Made by a program: the position numbers and the translations under genes. Shown piece after piece: positions 15,043 through 22,806 of a stretch of 44,600 bases of DNA (position 1 is its first letter; every line of letters starts with the position of its first letter). The DNA is from an uncultured Victivallales bacterium (lineage in GTDB: Bacteria > Verrucomicrobiota > Lentisphaeria > Victivallales > UBA1829): the NCBI GenBank assembly GCA_964462755.1, contig CAYWZD010000003.1, positions 1 through 44,600 of the forward strand. The letters are read 5' to 3'. The notes beneath the pieces were generated by a model. That model did no database searches. It worked only from the letters and a program-made list of their open reading frames with translations, and was not told where the DNA came from.

Positions 15043-18000
15043 ATGACCGGGAAAATCTTGACCACTTTGTTTTGCGGCGTTTTCGCTCTTTCCATGCATG
15101 CGGAACTGATTCTCAACGGAGGATTCGAACTTCCGGAAAAGTCCCTCCCATCCAAGGGGATACTGCTCCGCCCGGCGGAAAATTGGGAGTTCATTCTCCA
15201 TGCCGGCGCCGACAAAACAGGCGCCGAACTGACCGACGAGGCTCACTCCGGAAAAAAAGCGGCCCGGTTCTTTACGAAAGTCGAAAAAGCATTTGTCGGC
15301 CTGTATCAGACGTTCGCCTGCGAACCGGACACCACGCTCACCGCCTCCGCCTGGATGAAAGGCGGGAAACAAGGGTGCAAGGCTTATTTCCGAATCCGTT
15401 TCCTCGACAAAAACGGCGTAAAAGACAAAAAATATCTGATGCCGGGCTGGAACGTCAAAGACCAGTGGACCTTCTGTGAATACAAATTCCGGGTCCCGCC
15501 GAATGCTTCCAAAGTTTCTTTCGGGATCGAAACGCTCGGCAACCGGATTCCGGACACCGAGCTTCTCGTGGATGACGTCCGGATTCAGGAAGAGTCCGCG
15601 CCCGTGCTCGCAAACGGGCTGATCCGCGCGGAAATCGATCCCTTGTTCGGCGGCTGTATCCGCAGCCTCGAGACCACCGTCAACGGCAGGAAAATACAAT
15701 GGACGCTTCCCTGTTCGATGAATGTATCGGGCGGACTCGCCTTGGAAATCATTCCGATGCAGCGGGTGCCCGGCGACTTCGCCAACAAGAAATACCTTCT
15801 CTCCGTGCTGGAGCCGAAACGAAAAATCAGGGTATCGCGCACAGAAAACGGCGGTCCGCTCGACGGCCTCCGGGTCAACAAGACCTTTACCCTCGGCAAA
15901 GACGATCTGAAAATCGGCGTCGATCTGGAACTGGTCAATACAGGCGCAAAGACGATCTCGACTTCCTGCCGGGTCCAGAACATTCTCGTCGGCTCCGACG
16001 GATTTTTCACCTCTCCCACCCGCGACTGGCTCCAGACTTTTCACAAAACAGACGAAAGCATCCAAACGACCAACGCCCTCAATTCGGACAATCTCCAGTT
16101 CGGCTGGCTCGCAAAAACCACCCCGGACGCCGCCATCGTGTTTGCCTTCCATCTTCCGGACATCACACACGCCTATTCCTGGACCAGCAAGCCCGTCGAC
16201 ACCGTCGAATGGTATTATTCCGACCTGAAACTCGCACCGGGGAAATCGTGGAAGACCTCCTATTCCATCAATATCGATCCTTCCTCCGATCCTGTTTTCG
16301 CATTCGACGGCAAAGCCGCCTACGGAGTCGATTCGCTCGATCCGAACGCCGCGAAAAAACTGACGATCGCCGCTGTGGAAGACATCTCTCTTAAGTATAC
16401 CGTCAATTCCAAAAATACCGCGGTCAAACTCAGGGCGGGGGAAACCGCGACGATCCTCCTGGATTCGCCGGACGTCAATTGTTCAACAGGGAACTTCGGC
16501 GCCGTTTTCGGTGCAGGGAACAACTATAAGGCGGAATTCATCCGCGGGATTAAACTTCCGGCTCCGAAAGAAATTTCGCGGACGCCCCGTTTCGATCATT
16601 TCTTCCCATTCATATTCAATGACGTCGCCCTGACCTGCCGCGAATCCACGGGAGAGAACGGTTCCGTCAATCAATTCATCCGGAATGCGGAAAACGCCAT
16701 GCGCGAATGCGCCGCCAAGCATTTCAACACGATCATGATGGGACGCATCATTCAGAAAAATATTTTACCGGCGGTCAATCGGAAGGACGGCACAAATCTC
16801 TTCGGGGAACTGGCGGTTCAATATGATGTTTCGCTGGTTTCAAGCACCATCCTTTATCGTAAAAATGAAGTCGACACAGAAAAATACCGTCCCATCCTGA
16901 ATAAAAGGCTTGAAGACTTCTATTATCCGGAACATCTGGACTTTATCAGGAAATACGACAAGCATTACAAAGCGATTTTCACAGCCGACGAGACCACCGG
17001 ACAGAATATTCCGTGCATGATCGAAGCCCATGATGCCTTGACAAAACGCCTGCCGGTCGAACTGCCGGTTTATCCGTATCTCAACATTCATACGCGCGTC
17101 TATATTCCCTACGTCCCGGTTTTCTTCGGCGACTGGTATCCGGTCAACCGCAAAGGATACGGCGGCCGCAATCCGTGGAGCGTCGAACGCGTCGTCGCCG
17201 AAACCGTGGAACAGGCGAAAGGAGTGCCGGTTCACATCATTCTCCAATGTTTCGGCTACTTCAAAAAAGGATATGCCTTCCCGACTCCCGCCGAATACCG
17301 CATGATGTGTCATCTTGCCTGCGCCAACGGGGTGAAGGGAATCGAGAGCCACGAGGTCAACAACCGCGGTCTTTCCTGGCGTTACAACTATGGATACCAC
17401 TACGCAGCCCGCGGCAATGCCGGGGAACTGACCCCACTCTGGTTCGCCCTCGGCGAATGCGCTCGAGAGGTTACGTCCATCGGACCGCAGCTGGTCTCAG
17501 CCTCCCCCTGCCCCGTCCCGGACTGGCTCAAACCCGACTCGCCCCGCTATCGGAGCGCCAACGGTTACTACGACGGACCGCAAGTCAGATTCTATACGCT
17601 CGTCCGCAAAGACGGCACCCTGTTCGCCGTTGCGGTCAACCATTCGGAGAAGACCGCCGCATCCCTCCCGGTGGCCTTCGCTCCGCCGAACCGGGAAAGC
17701 GTCTATTCTCTTACGAGGATGATTCCCGTAAAAGGCAAATACAGTATGGAACTGAAGCCAGGCGGCGCCGAATACTTCGTCATCGGGAAGGAATCCGAAG
17801 TCAGAAGTGTGGCGAATGAAGTCGCGCTGGACCGGTTCAAACGTACAAAAGTCGCATTCCGCATTGCGGCGGACCGGGCGGCGGGGAACGGGGTGGACCT
17901 GAATCCCGCGTTCCGGCTTGAAAAAGAGGCTGTCGCGGCCGCAGCAAACAAAAACGGACTGGAGGCGATGAAGAAAATCGACGAAGCGGAAACCGTCATG

Positions 18001-18381
18001 AACCGCTTGATCGCCGCCTCCGAGTATGGTAAGTTCAACGCCGAATGGAGCAAGGTCAGAACGACGCTTTCGGATGTTTCGTTCCTGTTTCTCACGCATT
18101 TCGATCTGGTCGTTCCTCCGCACCTGCGCGACAAGACGGCCCGTTACGCGAAATGGAACAACACGGACGATCCGGAGATGCAGAAGCGGGTCGATGACGT
18201 GGCGGAGTGCTGGGTGGAATACTGGCGGATCGAAAACCAGATCGTTCACGGCAAACTTTCATCGGTGAGAACCCAGGCCGATTCGCTGATGAAAAAGGCG
18301 TTTGCCGCCTCGAAAGCGGCGACGGCATATCTCAAGGCGAACGAGCATAAGATCGTTGTGGACGCCCCTTACGCGGAGTGA
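15043..18381 (+). CDS. Large secreted protein: CBM4_9-like N-terminal module plus uncharacterised GH-like domain plus helical C-terminal region
   Basis: Signal peptide MTGKILTTLFCGVFALSMHA. ELILNGGFE...LLVDDVRIQ matches the CBM4_9 pattern. FTADETTGQ, GDWYPV and PTPAEYRMMCHLACANGVKGIESHE are paralogous to CDS 4394-6457. RBS AAGGAA. Confidence 0.85.
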   Translation: MTGKILTTLFCGVFALSMHAELILNGGFELPEKSLPSKGILLRPAENWEFILHAGADKTGAELTDEAHSGKKAARFFTKVEKAFVGLYQTFACEPDTTLTASAWMKGGKQGCKAYFRIRFLDKNGVKDKKYLMPGWNVKDQWTFCEYKFRVPPNASKVSFGIETLGNRIPDTELLVDDVRIQEESAPVLANGLIRAEIDPLFGGCIRSLETTVNGRKIQWTLPCSMNVSGGLALEIIPMQRVPGDFANKKYLLSVLEPKRKIRVSRTENGGPLDGLRVNKTFTLGKDDLKIGVDLELVNTGAKTISTSCRVQNILVGSDGFFTSPTRDWLQTFHKTDESIQTTNALNSDNLQFGWLAKTTPDAAIVFAFHLPDITHAYSWTSKPVDTVEWYYSDLKLAPGKSWKTSYSINIDPSSDPVFAFDGKAAYGVDSLDPNAAKKLTIAAVEDISLKYTVNSKNTAVKLRAGETATILLDSPDVNCSTGNFGAVFGAGNNYKAEFIRGIKLPAPKEISRTPRFDHFFPFIFNDVALTCRESTGENGSVNQFIRNAENAMRECAAKHFNTIMMGRIIQKNILPAVNRKDGTNLFGELAVQYDVSLVSSTILYRKNEVDTEKYRPILNKRLEDFYYPEHLDFIRKYDKHYKAIFTADETTGQNIPCMIEAHDALTKRLPVELPVYPYLNIHTRVYIPYVPVFFGDWYPVNRKGYGGRNPWSVERVVAETVEQAKGVPVHIILQCFGYFKKGYAFPTPAEYRMMCHLACANGVKGIESHEVNNRGLSWRYNYGYHYAARGNAGELTPLWFALGECAREVTSIGPQLVSASPCPVPDWLKPDSPRYRSANGYYDGPQVRFYTLVRKDGTLFAVAVNHSEKTAASLPVAFAPPNRESVYSLTRMIPVKGKYSMELKPGGAEYFVIGKESEVRSVANEVALDRFKRTKVAFRIAADRAAGNGVDLNPAFRLEKEAVAAAANKNGLEAMKKIDEAETVMNRLIAASEYGKFNAEWSKVRTTLSDVSFLFLTHFDLVVPPHLRDKTARYAKWNNTDDPEMQKRVDDVAECWVEYWRIENQIVHGKLSSVRTQADSLMKKAFAASKAATAYLKANEHKIVVDAPYAE

Positions 18382-18402
18382 CCTCTCCCCGAGTTTTACA
18401 GC

Positions 18403-18448
18403 AGGATTCCGGGACTTTCGAAAGATGTCCCGGAATCCTCTCTTTTAT
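18403..18448 (+). terminator. Rho-independent terminator of the 15043-18381 gene
   Basis: Perfect 12-bp stem AGGATTCCGGGA / TCCCGGAATCCT, followed by CTCTTTTAT. Confidence 0.75.
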
Positions 18449-18455
18449 AAAAATT

Positions 18456-18529
18456 ACATTTTTGTATATACGTAATTCAAAATCACATTTTTGTATTCTT
18501 CACACTGTTGGAAATGCACCGTTCCGGAA
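18456..18529 (+). promoter_or_regulatory. Conserved upstream element, copy 1 (two ACATTTTTGTA boxes 29 bp apart plus GTTCCGGAA 36 bp further on); candidate enhancer/UAS
   Basis: ACATTTTTGTA at 18456-18466 and 18485-18495, and GTTCCGGAA at 18521-18529. The boxes and spacings are identical at 40652-40725. Confidence 0.6.
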
Positions 18530-18550
18530 AGGGAGGTGCAATTTTTTTTT
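18515..18550 (+). terminator. Second intrinsic-terminator-like hairpin
   Basis: Stem TGCACC / GGTGCA with a 14-nt loop, followed by A plus a run of nine T. Confidence 0.55.
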
Positions 18551-18611
18551 CACTCGCCGAACCCATGAAATGAAACGATTCCATTCTTTTTCCATTGTCT
18601 TTTTTTCAAGC

Positions 18612-18627
18612 TGGCATGATTTTTGCT
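18612..18627 (+). promoter_or_regulatory. Sigma54 (-24/-12) promoter of the secretin operon
   Basis: CTGGCATGATTTTTGCT against the consensus YTGGCACGrNNNTTGCW. GG and GC have canonical spacing, with a single mismatch (C to T). Confidence 0.65.
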
Positions 18628-18811
18628 AAGTATCAAAACATAGCCTTGAAAAAACAGGTCAACGGAAAAAAGATGAAGGAGGTGTCATTCGGGAAAACGG
18701 AAAAAACAGAAAAGAAGTGTGACGGATTCGCATATCTGTCCCGTCTGGGGGAAGTTGTAAAGAGATCAAAATATTCCGTAAATGGACATAACTCCGGGAA
18801 ATGGAACTGCA

Positions 18812-20182
18812 ATGGCAACGAAAGATCAATTGAAAAAAAAAGCGCTCTATTGTATACTGTATACATTCATCCTGCTTGCATCGGGAGGCTACGCGGCGGA
18901 GACACGGCAAATCCATCTGATCCAAGACGATGCACAGCGGAAAATGGTCACGAAGATTTATAAGCTCAAGTATGTCCAGGCGACGGACATACGGCCCTGG
19001 GTGGACGCCGCGGCAAAACGGTATACCGACCAGTCCACGCTTTGCCGGATCAGCATTCCGACGCTGAGCGAATGCTGGGTCGGCGTCACCACGGCCACTG
19101 AAATGATGCCCTACATCGACGACCTGGTCGCAAAGCTGGACCGGCCCGGAAAAAAAGGACCGGACGGCTCCCTGATCGAAGGCACCGGCGTCACCAAGGG
19201 AATCTATTATCCCAAATACACCTCCACCGCCATGCTCCAGAAACTCTGCCACATTCTCACCTCGCCGGTGGGAGCCGTCTACGACACCAACAGCACGCTC
19301 TACTGGAAAGACGACAAAACCTACAGCGACGGCATTCTCGAATGGGCGAAATATTTCGACCAGCCGGCCGCCCAGACGAACCTGACGCTGAAATATTATC
19401 TGGTGCGGGAATCGAAACTGCGCGATCTCGGCATCGACTATCTGGCATGGAAAAACGGTCCGGGGCTCAATATGCTGGATTTCGCATACGACGCGGGACG
19501 CGCAACCTTCTCCCGCGCAACCAGCCTCGCAACCCATGCGGCCACATGGGGATACGGATCGTTTCTTGTGGCGCCCGCGTTCGACATGAGTTTCGTCCGC
19601 ATGCTCCAGCAGTCCGGTTCCGCGGAAGTGATGGCCACGGCGAACGCAACCTTCATCTCCGGTGCCGAATCGAACCTGACGCTCGATCCCGTCCTCCAGA
19701 TGATCCAGAAGGATGGGGACGACACCACTTCGGTCATGGGATACATCTCCCCCTCGCTGCTGCCCTCCTTCAACGTGAGGGTCGGAGGCGTCATCGGACT
19801 TGATCCGGAAGCATCAATCCTCAAGGACAGCGGACAGTTCGACATGAACGGCTCTTTCTTTACGAAGAACAAGGGCAATCTTCTTCTCAACTACGCCCTC
19901 TCTTCCAACGACGTCACGGAGGTCGACAACAACGGAGCCCCGGTGGAAACCGTCTGCACCCTTGCCAGCGATACGACTCTCGCTTTCGGGGACGAGGTCA
20001 TCCTCCAGCGGCTCACCAGAAACTCGAAGACGGAGGAAACCATCGGCGTTCCCTTCCTCTGCGAGGTTCCGATCCTCAAATATCTCTTCGGGACCACAAC
20101 CACGATCAACGAGAAAATCTATATCTTCGTGACGGTGAAAGCGAATCTTGTCAACCCGGATGCACCCGTTCCGGTCAAGTAA
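18812..20182 (+). CDS. Compact secretin-family outer-membrane channel protein, paralogue 1
   Basis: Signal peptide MATKDQLKKKALYCILYTFILLASGGYA (alternative ATG at 18782). Two NolW/Secretin_N-like repeats (KIYKLKYVQATDIRPWV...IDDLVAKLD). Secretin domain ends GVPFLCEVPILKYLFGTTTTINEKIYIFVTVKANLV. Confidence 0.85.
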   Translation: MATKDQLKKKALYCILYTFILLASGGYAAETRQIHLIQDDAQRKMVTKIYKLKYVQATDIRPWVDAAAKRYTDQSTLCRISIPTLSECWVGVTTATEMMPYIDDLVAKLDRPGKKGPDGSLIEGTGVTKGIYYPKYTSTAMLQKLCHILTSPVGAVYDTNSTLYWKDDKTYSDGILEWAKYFDQPAAQTNLTLKYYLVRESKLRDLGIDYLAWKNGPGLNMLDFAYDAGRATFSRATSLATHAATWGYGSFLVAPAFDMSFVRMLQQSGSAEVMATANATFISGAESNLTLDPVLQMIQKDGDDTTSVMGYISPSLLPSFNVRVGGVIGLDPEASILKDSGQFDMNGSFFTKNKGNLLLNYALSSNDVTEVDNNGAPVETVCTLASDTTLAFGDEVILQRLTRNSKTEETIGVPFLCEVPILKYLFGTTTTINEKIYIFVTVKANLVNPDAPVPVK

Positions 20183-20202
20183 CCCCAAGGAAGCATTGAA
20201 AA

Positions 20203-21819
20203 ATGAAGTTCAACACCCCCTCTGTCCTCTCTTTTCTTCTCGCCGCGCCGGGCCTCCTTTTTGCGGGCGGGGAGCAAACCATCAACCTCAACGGTCAGCC
20301 GGATCAGGGCGTCAACAATCCGACGGGAACCTACGCGCCCTCCAATGTGTCCGCGAAAATCAACATCAACCTCGATAAGAACGAAAAGAGCGTCCATTTC
20401 ATCCGCGACAACAACGACCCGTATGTCGTCACCAGGGCCTACGTGCTGAAAAATGCCGATCCCTATGTCGCGTGCGGCATTCTCCGCTCGCTCATACGTC
20501 CGACCATCAAGACCAATCCCGCCACGGTCGACGCCATCAAATACAACGACGGGACAGGGATCGTGATGGTCTCCGCCGAAGAAAACTTCTTCCAGGACCC
20601 GGGAACCGGCATGAGCATCGAATCCATGGTCAACATGATCGACATCAACAAAATGGTCTTCTCGGACGGAAGGAAGAGATATGTCTACTTCTGCAAGGCC
20701 AACACCGCCGCCACCATGCTCAAGATGATCCGGCGGGTCGGCCTCCTTTCCGCAAACGGCGTCGAGTCCGTCACCTACGGCAGAATGCCGAAAGAATACC
20801 AGGTCACCATCGATGAAACGCACAACGCCATTTTCTTCAACGCCTCCGGCTTCAACATTTCCTCCTCCCGGGCCATGCTTGCGGAATACGACGTTCCCGC
20901 CTGTCAGGGAACCCTCGACTACAAGCTGATCGAGGTTTCGGACGAGAATGACACCAAGCTCGGCCTCGACTTCCAGAGCTGGAAAAACAACGACGGCATC
21001 TCCCTCTTCTCCGCCGGCGCCGTTTTCTCCCGTTCCGGCAGAACCAACAACTACTCGATGCTGAACTTCAACCCCAAGTGGAATTCGAAATACATCGATT
21101 TCCTGATGGCCACAAGCCATGCGAAGATCGTTCATTCCGGCTCCATCACCATTCAGGACACCTGCCCGATGAACATCTCCGTGTCCTCCGGAATGATGGG
21201 GGTCGTGGTCACCCCGGTCGGAGACAAGGGCGAAGTGCTCGGCGAAGCGATTGCCTCGGCCTCCAACGCGGCCGTCAAGGTGCTCAGACAGATTCCCGCG
21301 AGAGTCGAGGCGATGCCGCTCTCCCAGGGAACTCTTCAGGAGATCAAGCCGACGGAAGGCTTCTCCTTCAACGCCGCCATTCTGCCGTCGCTCGGAAGCA
21401 CATCGGCCTCCCTCAACGTCGCCATCAGCGGGGTCTCCCTGATCGGCTACGACAGCACCGGCGCGCCCCGCATGGTTTCCTCCTCCTATGTCTCCGATGT
21501 TCAGGTCGGCACGCAGAAGGACTTCATGATCGGCGGCATCACCAAGTCAAAACTCATCCGCACGGTCAACGGGATTCCTTTCCTGAAAGACATCCCGCTC
21601 CTCGGATATCTTTTCAGCACGGAAACAACCGCCATCAAGAAATCCCAGTTCATCCTGATGTGCTCCTATACGCCCGACGTCCATCCCGGCGGAAAAGACG
21701 GCTCCGCACTCATGGCGGACATCAGCAAGATCGAAGCCAAACTCAAGGAAGTCGAAAAGCATCCGACAAAAGCCCTCGGTTTCGAACAATACGGAATCGA
21801 TACGGATAAGATCGAATAA
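20203..21819 (+). CDS. Compact secretin-family outer-membrane channel protein, paralogue 2
   Basis: Signal peptide MKFNTPSVLSFLLAAPGLLFAGG. N-domain repeats. C-terminal NGIPFLKDIPLLGYLFSTETTAIKKSQFILMCSYTPDV. RBS AAGGAAG. Motifs are paralogous to the upstream gene. Confidence 0.85.
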   Translation: MKFNTPSVLSFLLAAPGLLFAGGEQTINLNGQPDQGVNNPTGTYAPSNVSAKININLDKNEKSVHFIRDNNDPYVVTRAYVLKNADPYVACGILRSLIRPTIKTNPATVDAIKYNDGTGIVMVSAEENFFQDPGTGMSIESMVNMIDINKMVFSDGRKRYVYFCKANTAATMLKMIRRVGLLSANGVESVTYGRMPKEYQVTIDETHNAIFFNASGFNISSSRAMLAEYDVPACQGTLDYKLIEVSDENDTKLGLDFQSWKNNDGISLFSAGAVFSRSGRTNNYSMLNFNPKWNSKYIDFLMATSHAKIVHSGSITIQDTCPMNISVSSGMMGVVVTPVGDKGEVLGEAIASASNAAVKVLRQIPARVEAMPLSQGTLQEIKPTEGFSFNAAILPSLGSTSASLNVAISGVSLIGYDSTGAPRMVSSSYVSDVQVGTQKDFMIGGITKSKLIRTVNGIPFLKDIPLLGYLFSTETTAIKKSQFILMCSYTPDVHPGGKDGSALMADISKIEAKLKEVEKHPTKALGFEQYGIDTDKIE

Positions 21820-21842
21820 ACCAGTCTCTCTCCACCCACCGG

Positions 21843-21882
21843 GGCAGTGAGCGGCTCTCTCTCCGCTCACTGCCTCATTTTT
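21843..21882 (+). terminator. Rho-independent terminator of the secretin operon
   Basis: 12-bp stem GGCAGTGAGCGG / CCGCTCACTGCC, 8-nt loop, then TCATTTTT. The 3' arm overlaps the last codons of the convergent AraC gene. Confidence 0.8.
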
Positions 21883-22709
21883 CGAAAATGCTTCGGCGTC
21901 TGACCGGTCATGTGCCGAACCGCCTGCGTAAAATACGACGCATTCCAGAAACCGCACCGCCGCGCCGTTTCCGCCACGGAATCCCCCGCCGCCAGACGCT
22001 CCAGAGCATGCCTCAACCGGATGGACCGCAGACACTCGCCCGGCGTTTCGCGCCGGTTCATGCGGAATGCCCTGGATACCGTTGCCCGGTGAAAGTTCAG
22101 CATTCCGCAGAGCGTTCCGGCATTGACCGACGGGTCCGCGTAATGACGTTCCGCCGCCTCCGAATAAGCACGGACAAGCTGAATATCCTTCTGGTCGGAA
22201 TTGGATTGCGCATGTCCCGCGGCAGCCAGTATCTCCACGGCGGCGGCAACCGCTTCCCGGAAAGAACCCGGCGTGCCCTGCCCCAGTGCCGTCTCATACC
22301 GGACGAAAATTCTTTCCGGACACCGTCCAGCGCCGCGAACCACCCGCGGAAATCCGAAACTCCGCAAAAAAGCGCCAGCGCCGGGACCGTCGAACGTCAG
22401 CCACCGGAGCGCAAGTCCGGATTGGTCGGGCCGGTTTTCGCGAGCCTCCTTCGGATACTGGAAAACCACGTCTCCAGCCTCGACGCTCTCCGGTTCCCCG
22501 CCGGCCAGCATGGTCCCCCTCCCCCATGAAACCCAGGTGATCTGGACAAACGGTTTGTCCTGTCCGGAACCGGTTTCATCCTTTCCGAAAGGAAGACGTG
22601 TCTCTCCCGCGGACCTCGGATAGAACGGCAGGGGCATTTCCGGAAAGCCGGGAAATCCTTTCCGCAACCTCGTATAATACCCGGTGTGCGACAAAATCGA
22701 TGTTTTCAC
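21867..22709 (-). CDS. AraC-family transcriptional regulator
   Basis: C-terminal dual HTH (SVAETARRCGFWNASYFTQAVRHMTGQTPKHFRK) with a cupin-like N-terminal half. It is divergent from the GH35 gene. Confidence 0.85.
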   Translation of the reverse strand: MKTSILSHTGYYTRLRKGFPGFPEMPLPFYPRSAGETRLPFGKDETGSGQDKPFVQITWVSWGRGTMLAGGEPESVEAGDVVFQYPKEARENRPDQSGLALRWLTFDGPGAGAFLRSFGFPRVVRGAGRCPERIFVRYETALGQGTPGSFREAVAAAVEILAAAGHAQSNSDQKDIQLVRAYSEAAERHYADPSVNAGTLCGMLNFHRATVSRAFRMNRRETPGECLRSIRLRHALERLAAGDSVAETARRCGFWNASYFTQAVRHMTGQTPKHFRKMRQ

Positions 22710-22722
22710 AACAAAAACAACC

Positions 22723-22750
22723 TTGATGAAATGTTATTTCTACTTATATT
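22723..22750 (+). promoter_or_regulatory. Candidate sigma70-type promoter for the GH35 gene
   Basis: TTGATG, 16-nt spacer, TATATT. It argues against the ORF-track start 22756. Confidence 0.45.
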
Positions 22751-22806
22751 AGTATATGACAGGAAAATTTTCAATACTACATTTTATAAAAAAAAGGAAT
22801 TTCAGC

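Noticed and set aside
18595-18963. 122-aa Lys-rich ORF in the secretin leader (internal MKEVSFGK start follows a purine-rich stretch)
   Set aside because: It would overlap the secretin start by ~150-180 nt in another frame. The Lys-rich sequence simply reflects A-rich leader DNA. No independent support was found.
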